A stretch of 64,000 nucleotides of DNA, taken from Emiliania huxleyi CCMP1516. Lineage: Eukaryota. Made by a program: the position numbers and the translations under genes. A model generated the notes under the pieces. The model made no database searches, was not told the origin of the DNA, and saw nothing but the letters and a program-made list of their open reading frames with translations. Numbering within the stretch: the stretch's first letter is position 1; every line of letters begins with the position of its first letter. Shown here in pieces: positions 36,680 to 48,100 of this stretch. The DNA is taken from positions 378,594 through 442,593 of the forward strand of contig NW_005201551.1 in the NCBI RefSeq assembly GCF_000372725.1. The letters are read 5' to 3'.

Positions 36680-37085
36680 CGCATACCGTCCTACGGCGGG
36701 GACTATCGCTACGCCAGGGAAGACAAGGGCGTTGAAGTGCAGCTGCTGCTGTTCGAATCGTTCGGCGGGTTCGGAAAGGGGGTCCGTGAGATCCTCCGGA
36801 AGGCGGCGGACGTGCTACAGAACAAGCTGACGCGGGCCCAGTACCTCGATGAGTGAGGTGACTTGGACCACTAAGAATTGGCTGGGGCTGCAGAAGCAGC
36901 GCATCTCATTGTTTGTTTTGTCATCTCAGTCGTTCTTCACACGGCAAACGCAGAGCAGGTTGTGAATGAGCTTGCCTGTGGCGGGGGTGGGCGGGTGCAC
37001 GGAGCTAAGTGCCTCGCCACTCTCGCAGGAGTCGCTTAGGCGGCTCCCGTGGTGTACCTGTGTTAGTGCCGCTGGTAAAATTCTT
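36680..37085 (+). mobile_element. Degenerate CRE-like retrotransposon 3' fragment (RLE domain end)
   Basis: GDYRYAREDKGVEVQLLLFESFGGFG..NKL..LDEVTWTTKNW..QRISVVLH..NELACG, disrupted by small duplications at ~36853 and ~36908. Confidence 0.75.
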
Positions 37086-37929
37086 TTCCAGCCGCGCCTC
37101 ACCTGTCGCGTGAATCGTGTCGTGCGACCGCCTTTCGCTGAAAAATAGTTAGAGGCTGCGCAGGCCGTCCCGTTTGCTGTTTGAAACGCCTGTTGCGCTG
37201 GCCGCTGCGCGCGCGCGCTGGCCGCTGCCGGGGCTCTGTCTCACTCTCACGTGCCGCAATATGTGTCACACACGGCGGCTTCTGCCACCTCTCGATTGGT
37301 TCTACTTTCTACGCACACCTACCGGGGAAGGGGCGCTTGGGAGCGGGGGCGGGGGCGGGGGCGGGGGCGCGCAGCGCGGCTGCGCGGCGCGCGCAACAGA
37401 GGGTAGGGTGGGGAAGACGGCGAGGAGGGGGCGGCGGCGGCGGCGGCGGCGGCAGCGCGCGCGCGGCGCGCGCGACGGGGGGGCGGAGCAGCGACCGCTG
37501 GCGCGGCCGCTGCTCCGTCTGTGCCAGGGACGCGCGCTCTGCGCCGCTGCACAGAGCGCGCGTCAGGGCAAGGGGCATGCGTGGCGGCGCGGGACGCGCG
37601 GCGGCGGCGGCGAGCACGCTCCGTGAGCGGTGAGGCGGCCGGGCGAGGGCGCGGCGGGTGACGGGTCAAGGGAGCAGCCCACACCCGGCGTCGCTTTTTG
37701 AGCGACGCCTGTGGTACGCCTGCGCAGGGGCCGCAGGGCGGTCAGTTGTGGGGCGAGGCGGTGCCGGCCGCGGGCCGGGTGCAAGGCGCCGGCCTCGGCG
37801 CCGCCTCGGCGCGCCGCACGGGCCGCGGCGGGTGACGGGTCAAGGGAGCAGCCCACACCCGGCGTCGCTTTTTGAGCGACGCTGTGGTACGCCTTCTCCA
37901 CTGCTGCCCTGCCTCCACTGCTGCGACGA

Positions 37930-39299
37930 CACCCTCCCCTCCGCCACCGATCTCGGCGTGAGCGAGGGGAAGCTGGAGCTGTGGCGCAAGCTCGGCGGCG
38001 GCGACCTCGAGCCGGTCCTCGCGAGCGGCGCCGTCGCCCTCCTCGACGCGCAGTGGATCATCAGCCACGCCGAGGCGGGCGGCGTCCTCACCCACCGCCA
38101 GGCGCTGCCCAAAGAGGCCTTCCTCTCCTTCGCCGACCTCGTCGAGGCGACCAGCGAGAGTGTGAGCTTCCTTCCCGTCGCCGCGCTCTCCTACCCGTGG
38201 CTGACCAAGGACCACCCCGACCCGCGCGGAGCCAACCTCGCCCGCGTCGCGAGGGCGCTCAAGGCCCTGCTCAGCGTTCCCGACCACATCACGCGGCTCG
38301 GCGTCTTTTGGGACTTCGGCTCGCTGCACCAGCACCCCGACCCCCCCAACGGCGTCCTGCGCACCGAGGAGCAGAACGCGCTCTTCAAGGAGGGGCTGGG
38401 CTGCCTCGGCACGCTCTACTCCCACAAGTACACTTGGGTGCTGCGGCTGACCTCCTTCCCGGACGGCCACAAGGCGGAGGAGCAGCCCGAGGGCACCAAC
38501 GTGGCCAAGTACTTTGACCGCGGCTGGTGCTTCACGGAGCAGAGCTGGGCGGGCCTGACAAAGGCTGGCTACCTCTCGCTCGACCTCGGCAAGATGCGCG
38601 CCGGCGTGGAGTACGACTACGACAGCCTCATCGACGACTGCACCCAGGACGGCGGCCGGCGCCCCCCTCTCCTGCCGTCTGCGTTCGCGATTGAGCTGGA
38701 GACGAAGAGCTTCACCAACGGCAAGGACGACAAGCCGCTCGTGAAGCGGCTGTACGAGGCCGCCTTCGAGGAGCAGTTTGGCAAGGCGACCGAGCTGGAA
38801 TACATCGGCCTCGGCTGGGGCGACGCGGAGGCGGCGCAGCTGGCGGTGGTCCTCGCGAGCGGGGCAGCGCCGCGGCTCGAGAAGCTCTATCTCAACTGGA
38901 ACCAGATTGGCGACGAGGGCTGCAAGGCGCTGGCCGCCGCCCTCGGCAAGGAGGGGGCAGCGCCGCGGCTCGAGACGCTCTATCTCAACGGCAACCAGAT
39001 TGGCGACGAGGGCTGGAAGGCGCTGGCCGCCGCCCTCAAGGAGGGGGCAGTGCCGCGGCTCGAGGAGCTCAATCTCGGCGGCAACCAGATTGGCGACGAG
39101 GGCTGCAAGGCGCTGGCCGCCGCCCTCAAGGAGGGGGCCGCCCCGAGCTTGAAGGCGCGAGACGCGCCCCTCGCCACACGCCCCTCCCCCGCCCAATGCT
39201 GATCGCACCTCCCCTCGCGTGCAGGAGCTCCTCGTGGACAACAAGAAGCAGCCTGAGCTGGTGGCCGTGTGCGAGGAGCGCGGCATCAGCCTCGGCTGA
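37930..39299 (+). CDS. HET-like domain + LRR protein, copy 2 (GC-AG intron 39155-39224; true start not resolved)
   Basis: Homology to copy 1 begins at LPSATDLG. HET motifs ALSYPW / FWDFGSLHQ / YFDRGWCFTE. Three LRRs. Terminal exon ELLVDNKKQPELVAVCEERGISLG*. No in-frame ATG directly upstream. Confidence 0.8.
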
Positions 39300-39852
39300 G
39301 CCTCTCCAGCCCCGGCCGGGCGGCAAGGGCGCGGGTTCCTGCGGGACCGCCGCGCGAGCATGGCAAAGAGCAACAGACCCTGCGGCTGCGGAGCACGACG
39401 CACAGCGGCGGTGGGGGTGGGGGGCGGGGGGGGGGGGGGTCTGCGTCTCTCGGCGCGCTTCGGCCGCTTGGGACAAGAGGCGGGGGAGGGGGAAGTGGGG
39501 TCAGGGTCTGGTTGGGCGAAAGACACACGGGAGACAGTCGGGGGAGTAGATGATGCAGACCGGACATCGATGGCCATTCGGATTGGTGTGTTGCACGTTG
39601 TGCACGTGTGACTGTGAGCACGGCCCCCGGCCCCAGATGTGCCGCGGGGGGTCCGGGGAACGCGGTTTGGGGAGGGAATGTTGATTTGCAAACGGGAGAC
39701 CTGAATCTTTTTTAGTCAGCTACCTTTTATGGCGCGCATCCTGGGCGCTGGGGCCGCGCTCCCCCCACTCCCGGTCTCCATCCCCAGACCCCACGCCATG
39801 TCGCCATCCCGTCGCGCGCGGGCCTGCGTAGACCGTAGAGGCGTAGTGTTCG

Positions 39853-41118
39853 CTCTGGGCCGGCGCGGGGGCCCCAGAGGGTGTCCATGCGGGGGGGGGG
39901 ATGGGGTCCCATGGCCCGCCGCAGGCGCCGTTTTTTTGGATTTTTTGGCGATTTTTTACTTCTTTTCGGCGGCTTCGGGGTCGGGGACGGCGTCCGCAGA
40001 ATTCTTCGGCAGGCGGCGGACCAGCTGAGTAACAAACTTTCGCACGCTCAGCACCTCGATGAGGTCACATGGACCACCAAGAACTGGCACGGGCTGCAGA
40101 TGCAGCGCTTGTCTGTCGTTCTCCACACCGCCGTGGCGTGGCAGACGGTGAACGAGCTAGCGTGCGGGGACAGCGGCATTGTGCACGGAGCGAAGTGCAT
40201 TGCCGTTCTTAACGGAGTCGCTTAGGCGGCTCCGGTGGTGTGCCGGTGATAGTACTAGCACGCGCCAGTTCGCACCTGTGTCGAGCCTGTGTGCTGTGAG
40301 AGAGAGTTGTCTTGTTTAAATTCTTTTCATGGGAACTCCGGCGTACTTGCGGCCATGCTATCACGCCTTGCGACAGCCTGTCGGCGCTGCTGACCGTGCC
40401 ATGATGCACAATTGATCACCTGCATAGCTCGCGGCCTTAGTATCAAGAATTCAGTGATGACCTGATCGTACGGCCAGTAGGAAGGTGTCCTTCCAGCGCG
40501 TGCACGCTTCTGACGCAATGCGCGTCACAAACTGCCTCGGATTGGCTGCTGGCACTCTCGAGGCTATGCCTACGCAGCCTCGCGCGCATGGGCAGTCAAG
40601 AGGGACCACGCACCTTCTCAGGACAGCGCCGGTGCCTCTCTCTTGGACCGGCAAACGTGGTGGTCTCGTGTCACCGATGTGGGACCAGTGCGGCATCGCG
40701 CCATCGACAGCTCTGAACTGCGCCTCACCACTGACCGGGGAGGCCGCCAAGTGGGCCAGCACCGGTCGCACATTGTGGCAGCAGTCAGCAGTGCATGTCT
40801 GATAGCTAGAGCAGCAGCGTCAGGGTCGCAGGGTCGGATCGTGTCAAGCCTCTCGCCCGGCCGGCCGCGTGCAGACGGTCGGCCTGTCTTCTGTCTGGAG
40901 TGATCTGTCGGCGGTCAGTACGACCGATCAGGTCGGAGTTTTCTGATGGTTGGAGGGTCTATCTGTATGTACTCCTCGAGATCTCTCCAAATCTGCCCTC
41001 TGATTAACATAGCTTAATCGGGAAGTTGGTGGTAACGGAGACTAACGGAGCCGGGGCCCCGTTTCCGCTCTGCTGCGCGGCGCACGGTGCCTCCGGGGGC
41101 CCCCGCGCCCCCCCAGAG
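39853..41118 (-). mobile_element. ~900 bp TIR element, copy B, carrying a nested retrotransposon fragment
   Basis: Same TIRs and body as 12852-13755. Perfect 8-bp TSD AGTGTTCG (39845-39852, 41119-41126). Confidence 0.92.
39968..40320 (+). mobile_element. 5'-truncated CRE-like retrotransposon inserted in TIR element copy B
   Basis: GDGVRRILRQAADQLSNKLS..DEVTWTTKNW..QRLSVVLH..NELACG, same family as 36680-37085. Flanked by TTCTTTTC at 39960-39967 and 40321-40328. Absent from copies A and C. Confidence 0.85.
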
Positions 41119-42178
41119 AGTGTTCGCTGAGTTACCAGCGAGCGAGCGGAGAGGCCGGCGCGCAACGTACAAAGCAATCGCGCGGCGTCGCGCTGCCATG
41201 CCGCGACAGCCGACCCCCCCCCCCCCCCCTCCCCCTTCCTCCCCGGGGTAACCCGCGCACGGGGAAGCTTCACGGGTTCGAGCCGTCAAACATTGAGCAG
41301 CGGAGGTGTGCCGAGGGGGACCGGGAGGCGGTAAGCCGTCGTCGCCCGGCGCTGCATGCAGCACCGTGGCGATGGCGCTAAGAGGTTCCTCTTTTCCGCG
41401 CCCCCCCCGCAAGGCGCGCGATACACTGCCTTCAAGATCCACAAGTCAATTTGTACCAGAAATCCAAAGGTGGTGCAAAATGGATATCTCAAGATTGGCC
41501 TTTATTTCGCGCACCTGCTCTCCGCCGCCGCCGCTTACCTGCTGGCACGCCACCGCCCCGCGTCGCTAACTCAAGCCTCCCTGCTGCATCTTCGCACCCC
41601 TGCCACATGACTCGATCGCCGTCGCTGCTACCGCCCTCTCCGCCGCCCTCGAAGGCGCCACCAGCATTACGGCCGCCTTCATATCCTCATTGATGCTGCC
41701 ACCAACGCCACTTCCTCGATTCTGTGCCGCTGCAGCGGCGAGGCGCCGTCGCCACGATCGCCGCCAGCGCTGCTGAGAGCATTGGAGTGTCGCCGTGGCC
41801 GCGTTCTGGTCTGCCCACGCTTCCCTAAAATGTCTAGGACGAGCTCAGAGGCTAAGGGCGCATCATGTGGGACCATCTAGCTCTACTGGGTCCGCGACGG
41901 CGGTCGGCGCACCCCCGTCTCGAACGTGTGTGCTCTCTGTCTGTCTGTCAGCTGTTTCGGCTAACTAAGACCTAAGTCGTTTTGTACCGGATTTCAATGT
42001 TAGTGTGGCAAAACCGCGGAACCAAAAATGGCGTTTAATTTCGCGCACCTGCTGTCCGCCGCCTGCGGCGGCGCTCCGCGCCGCTTGGGGCGCCTGCGGC
42101 GCCCCTGGGCGCGCTGCGCGCGCCTGTTTTGGGGAGCCACAGCACCGAAACATTGCCGTTTTTTGCTGCCGCTACGGA

Positions 42179-45100
42179 ATGTTGCAGTTCCGCCGGAGCT
42201 TGCGTCCCGCGGCCCTCCGCTCGGCGCTTCGCTCGGCGCCGCCGCTGGCTCCGCCGCTCGCCGGCCGTGCGAGCTGCCCGCTCGCCGGCCGCGCACGCTT
42301 CGCCTCCGCCGCGTCGAGCGCCGCCTCGCCGGGAGGCGGCCGGTTGGCTGCGGCCGGTCTCGCCGCCGCCGCCGCTGCTGCCGCGGGCTACGGGGCGTGG
42401 CAGCTGCAGCTGGGCGCGGGCGAGGACGAGGCTGCGCCGCTGAGCGGCGGCGGCGGCGGCGGCGGCGTCCCCGAGGCGTCGCTCACCCGCCGCCAGCTCG
42501 AGGCGATCTACGCGTTTGAGAAGCGGATCGGGCAGGGCGGGTTCGGCGACGTGTGGCTGGCGCGCGACGCGAAGAGCGGGCGGCAGGTCGCGGTAAAGCT
42601 CATCTCGCTCGAGAAGCTCCCTCGCGCCATGGTCGAGGTCGAGGTCGAGGCGATGCGCCGCTGCGGTAGAGCGCAACACCTCTGCAGGCCAGCCTCTGCT
42701 GCAGCCTTCTGTCTCCACGGCGCTTGTATTCACACGGCGCGTAGGCTCTCACCCGTACATCATCGAGCTGCTGGGCGTGTACTGGGTCCGGCCCGAGGGG
42801 CGTGCGGCCGACAGCGGCCCTGTCGAGGCGGCGATTGTGATGGAGCTGGCCGGCGGCGGAGGCTTTCCTTAGCCGAGATCACGCGAGATCACGCGAGATC
42901 ATCCGAGATTGTGATGGAGGCTCGCCGGCGGCGGAGGCGACCCGAGATGACCCGAGAGATACGCGAGATCATTCGAGATCATTCGAGATCACCCGAGATT
43001 GCGCGAGGGGCCCCTCTCGGAACCTTCCTGTGGCAGGCCTGTTCGAGCGCCTGGTTGCGGAGGGCGCGTACACGGAGCAGATCGCATCCAAGATCATCAA
43101 GCAGGTGCGAGATGCGGCCGAGAGATGGGGCACGCCTCGGCTGTCACACCCTGCCGGCTGCTCTTCACACCTCGTCTGTCCATGTTGCAGACTCCGCTAA
43201 CAAGAGAGTCCCAATGTACTTCTTTTCCCAGGTCGCCCTGTCGATCTACCACCTCCACTCGCGCGGCATCCCGCTACCGCCGACCTCAGCAAGGCGGTGG
43301 CAATCAGCTAATTAGTTATTAATTGCATGATTCAGGCATTCCGCGCCGCCGGTCTCAGCCGGAGAAGGCGGTGGTGCATCAACTCATTCATGACTCCTTG
43401 CTGGGTCCAGGCATCCTGCACCGCGACCTCAAGCCCGAGAACGTCGTCTTCGAGTGTGAAGCGCGGCAGCTTGCGGCCGAGCTGTGAACCGGAGGGCCGG
43501 AGGTGTGAACAGAGGCGCTGTGAACAGGAGCGCGACTCTGCGATCAAGCTGATCGATTTCGGTGCCGCCGCCACGCTGGAAGGGGGTGATAGAATGCGCG
43601 GCTCTTCACAGCTGCAGCTGTGAACAGGCACCGCCGTGACGCTGGACGAGGCGGGGGAGAAGGTGCAGGGCGGAGGGCGGATAGGCACCTCGTCTTTGCT
43701 GGGTCATGGTTAGTTGTTCCTGCACTACTCGGTGATCCGTTAAGCGGAATAGGCACTTGGTCGTACTGGGCGCCCGAGCAGCTGGCGCCGCCCTTCCTCT
43801 GCACACCTCTTCCCGCTGTGAACGTGGACTCTTCACGGCATGCGTGGTGTGAACAGGCGCAGCAGCCGTACGGCTTTGAGGTCGAGTTGTGGCCGTGCCG
43901 GAACTTTCTCGGAATTTTCTCGGAACCGGGTGCGACCCTTTTCGGAATTTTCCTTAGGTCGACCTCTGGTCGCTCGGCGTGCTCCTCTACATCCTGCTGG
44001 TTGGCTTCCACCCCTTCGACCCGGAGGGGGAGGCGAGATTAGCTCGAGATTGGCCCGAGATCGGCCGAGAGTCCGTTGCTTGTGAACGCGCAGACATGAA
44101 GTCGCGTGTGTGTGTCGTAATCCAGCTCACTCGTCGTTTTGCACCCGGTGCTCTCCGAGGCCGGCCAGCACGTAAGCACCAAGCGATGCGGTCGGATAGG
44201 CGAACGAGCAGCAGATCCTCGCAAACATGAAGGCGCGCACGCCTCCTGCCTCCGACACGCCCAATCCGTTGAATGGCTTCTTACTTAGTTAGTTTGATCG
44301 ACATCAGGCGCACCGCCTCTGCCTCGACGCGCCGGAGTGGGGCACCGTCTCCGGGCAGGCAAAGGGGCTCCCGCTAGCTAATTTGACTACCGAACTTCGT
44401 TACGTGGGGCACGGTCTCGGGGCTCGCGCTAGTTAGTTTGAACTACCGAGCTGAGCTGCCCCCCCCCCCCCCCCACCCTCGGGGCAGGCAAAGGGGCTCG
44501 TCGTCTCTTTGCTCGAGCCCGACCCGGAGCAGCGGCTGACGGCGGCGCAGCTCATTTCGCACCCGTGGGTGCTCGGGCAGGACGTGCCGGGCAGGCCGAT
44601 GCCGGCGACGCAGGAGCGGCTGCGCCACTTCACGCAGGCCCGCAACGCGTTCTACGGCTCGCTGCTCATGGGCCTTCTCGTGCACCAGCTGTCGACCAGT
44701 GCGGACGCAGAGGGGCTCGGCGGGCTGCAAGTGGGCGGGAGTACGACCGATGCAGAGGGCTGGATGACAAGGATGGCATCGATATCAGGCGGGCTGCAAG
44801 TGGACGTGGTTCGCGAGGGGTGGCGCGCGCTCGACCGCGACGGGAAGGGCCACATCGACGCGCAAGACCTGTGGCGCGTCTGCCTCGACATGGGGTACAA
44901 GGTGCCGCCAGTGGACAGCGGGCCAGGTGGTGTTGCGGTGCTCCCGCTTGGGTTGATGCACGCACTGCGCACTGGTCATCAGGTGTCGCCAAAGGACGTG
45001 GACCAGATGGTCTGCGTGCTCGCTCCGACGGGGCTAGAAAGAAGATGCACCAGCGCTCCTGGTGTGAACGGCGTCTCTTCACACCTGCAGCTGTGAACAG

Positions 45101-48100
45101 GCTAGAGAAGAAGGTGCACCAGCGCTACTCCTCCCGCGGCGACGGGAAGCCGGCGCCGGAGGCGGGAGGAGGAGGAGGCAGCAGCGGCGGCGGAGCGGAG
45201 GGCGGCGGCGGCGGCGGCGGCGGCGGCGGCCCGGCTCGCATCTCGTACGAGCGCTACTGCAAGACGCTGGCTGGCTCCTTCTCGCGCACCTTTGAGAAGG
45301 GGGCGTACGTGTTCAAGGAGGGGGGAGGGGGCGGTGGACGCGACCGCCGCCCTCGTGTCAGTTAGCTGAGCCATAGTTGATCATGGACAGGAGGGGGACC
45401 CGGTGGACGCCTTCTTCGTGATCACGAGCGGCGCCTGCGAGGTGCGTGGCCCGGGCAGCACGGAGATGTTGATCTCGGCTGTATCTCGGCTGCATCTCGG
45501 CTGCATCTCGGCTGCATCTCGGCCGCATCTCGGCTGCATCTCGCCCGCATCTCGGCTGCATCTCGGGTAGGTGCGGGTCGCGGGCCCGGACGGCAAGGAG
45601 CGGCTGATTGCGACGCTCGGCGCGGGCGACTTCTTCGGCGAGACTTCTTAAACTAGTACTAAATTATTAATTATTCATTCAGGCGCGGGCGACTTCTTCG
45701 GCGAGATTTCTTAAATTAGTACTAAATTATTAATTATTCATTCAGGCGCGGGCGACTTCTTCGGCGAGACCGGCTTGCTGGAGGGGAGGAGCGTGCGGGC
45801 GGCGTCGGTGTTTGCGACGGCGCCGCTCGAGGTGCTGGCGATTCACTGATTAGCAATTAATTAATGACGCACTAATTGGTCACCAATTGCCGCTCGAGGT
45901 GCTGGCGATTCACTGATTAGCAATTAATTAATGACGCACTAATTGGTCACCAATTGCCGCTCGAGGTGCTGGCGATCGACCGAAAGGTCTTCAACGAGGC
46001 GCGCGCACACCTCTTAATTATTAACTCGTTGAAGAAGGAAGGAGTCGATCCATTTGTTGTTCACAGGTTGCGAGCGTGCACAACTCGTCCGCTCTCTCCA
46101 CCTCGATGCGCGAGCGCGCCGAGGCGAGGCAGCGGGCGAGGCTGCTAATTAATTAATAGGCAACTAATCAATAGGTGCCTAATTAATGAATAGGCGAGGC
46201 AGCGGGCGAGGCTGCTCAAGGTGTTTGAGAACATGTCGGTCTCCCTCTCGCAGCGCCGCCGCTTCGGCAAGGGGGCGGTGGTCTACCAGCAGGGGAGTCC
46301 GGCTCAGCTCTTCACACCGCCTAGCTGTGAACAGGCAAGGGGGCGGTGGTTTACCAGCAGGGGAGTCTGGCTCAGCTCTTCACACCGCCTAGCTGTGAAC
46401 AGGCAAGGGGGCGGTGGTTTACCAGCAGGGGAGTCCGGCTCAGCTCTTCACACCGCCTAGCTGTGAACAGGCAAGGGGGCGGTGGTTTACCAGCAGGGGA
46501 GTCCGGCTCAGCTCTTCTACATCGTCAACGAGGGCGAGCTCGAGATGTCGGTGAATAAGCCGGACGGAGGCTCTTCACACCGCCTGGCTGTGAACAGGCG
46601 AGCTGGAGATGTCGGTGAATAAGCCGGACGGAGGCTCTTCACACCGCCTGGCTGTGAACAGGCGAGCTCGAGATGTCGGTGAATAAGCCGGACGGAGGCT
46701 CTTCACACCGCCTGGCTGTGAACAGGCGAGCTCGAGATGTCGGTGAATAAGCCGGACGGAGGCTCTTCACACCGCCTGGCTGTGAACAGGCGAGCTCGAG
46801 ATGTCGGTGAATAAGCCGGACGGAGGCTCTTCACACCGCCTGGCTGTGAACAGGCGAGCTCGAGATGTCGGTGAATAAGCCGGACGGAGGCTCTTCACAC
46901 CGCCTGGCTGTGAACAGGCGAGCTCGAGATGTCGGTGAATAAGCCGGACGGAGGCTCTTCACACCGCCTGGCTGTGAACAGGCGAGCTCGAGATGTCGGT
47001 GAATAAGCCGGACGGAGGCTCTTCACACCGCCTGGCTGTGAACAGGCGAGCTCGAGATGTCGGTGAATAAGCCGGACGGAGGCTCGGTGCGTGTAAAGAC
47101 GCTGCGGCCGGGGGACCATTTGGGGTACGATGCGATCTTCTCGGAGGTGCTACGACTCGGCGATGACTTGGATGAGTTGGTTAGCTAACTCGTCACCTGA
47201 ATTGAACAATCGCATCAGGTGCACGACACGACGGTGACTTGCCTGAGCGAGGTCGAGCTGACTGAGGTCACAAAGGAGGTGCTCGGCGTTAGTTAATTAA
47301 TTAATAGGTGACTACTTTTAATTAGGTCGAGCTGACCGAGGTCACAAAGGAGGTGCTCGGCGACGCCTTCTCGAACGACCGCTACTTCTCGACCATCTTC
47401 GAGGCGAGGCAGCACTTGCGCGAGGGGCAGCTGTGAACAGCGTCTCTTCACACCTGTTGCTGTGAACAGGCGAGGCAGCAATTGCGCGAGGGGCAGCTGG
47501 CGGCGGCGTCGCAGGGGGAGGCACAGATTCTGCCGATGATGGCGCGCGCGGCGGCGGCGGGAGACGGCGTCGACTACAGCCAGTACGAGTCGCTCATCCA
47601 GGAGATTGCGCCAGATTGTTGGTTGATTACTAGGCGTCGACTACAGCCAGTACGAGTCGCTCATCCAGGAGATTGCGCCAGATTGTTGGTTGATTACTAG
47701 GCGTCGACTACAGCCAGTACGAGTCGCTCATCAAGGAGATTGCGCCAGATTGTTGGTTGATTACTAGGCGTCGACTACAGCCAGTACGAGTCGCTCATCC
47801 AGGAGATTGCGCCAGATTGTTGGTTGATTACTAGGCGTCGACTACAGCCAGTACGAGTCGCTCATCAAGGAGATTGCGCCAGATTGTTGGTTGATTACTA
47901 GGCGTCGACTACAGCCAGTACGAGTCGCTCATCAAGGAGATTGCGCCAGATTGTTGGTTGATTACTAGGCGTCGACTACAGCCAGTACGAGTCGCTCATC
48001 AAGGAGATTGCGCCAGATTGTTGGTTGATTACTAGGCGTCGACTACAGCCAGTACGAGTCGCTCATCAAGGAGATTGCGCCAGATTGTTGGTTGATTACT

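Noticed and set aside
37742..39691. 649-aa antisense ORF (and 8066-9370, 53598-54854)
   Set aside because: Shadow ORFs opposite the GC3-rich HET-LRR coding strands.
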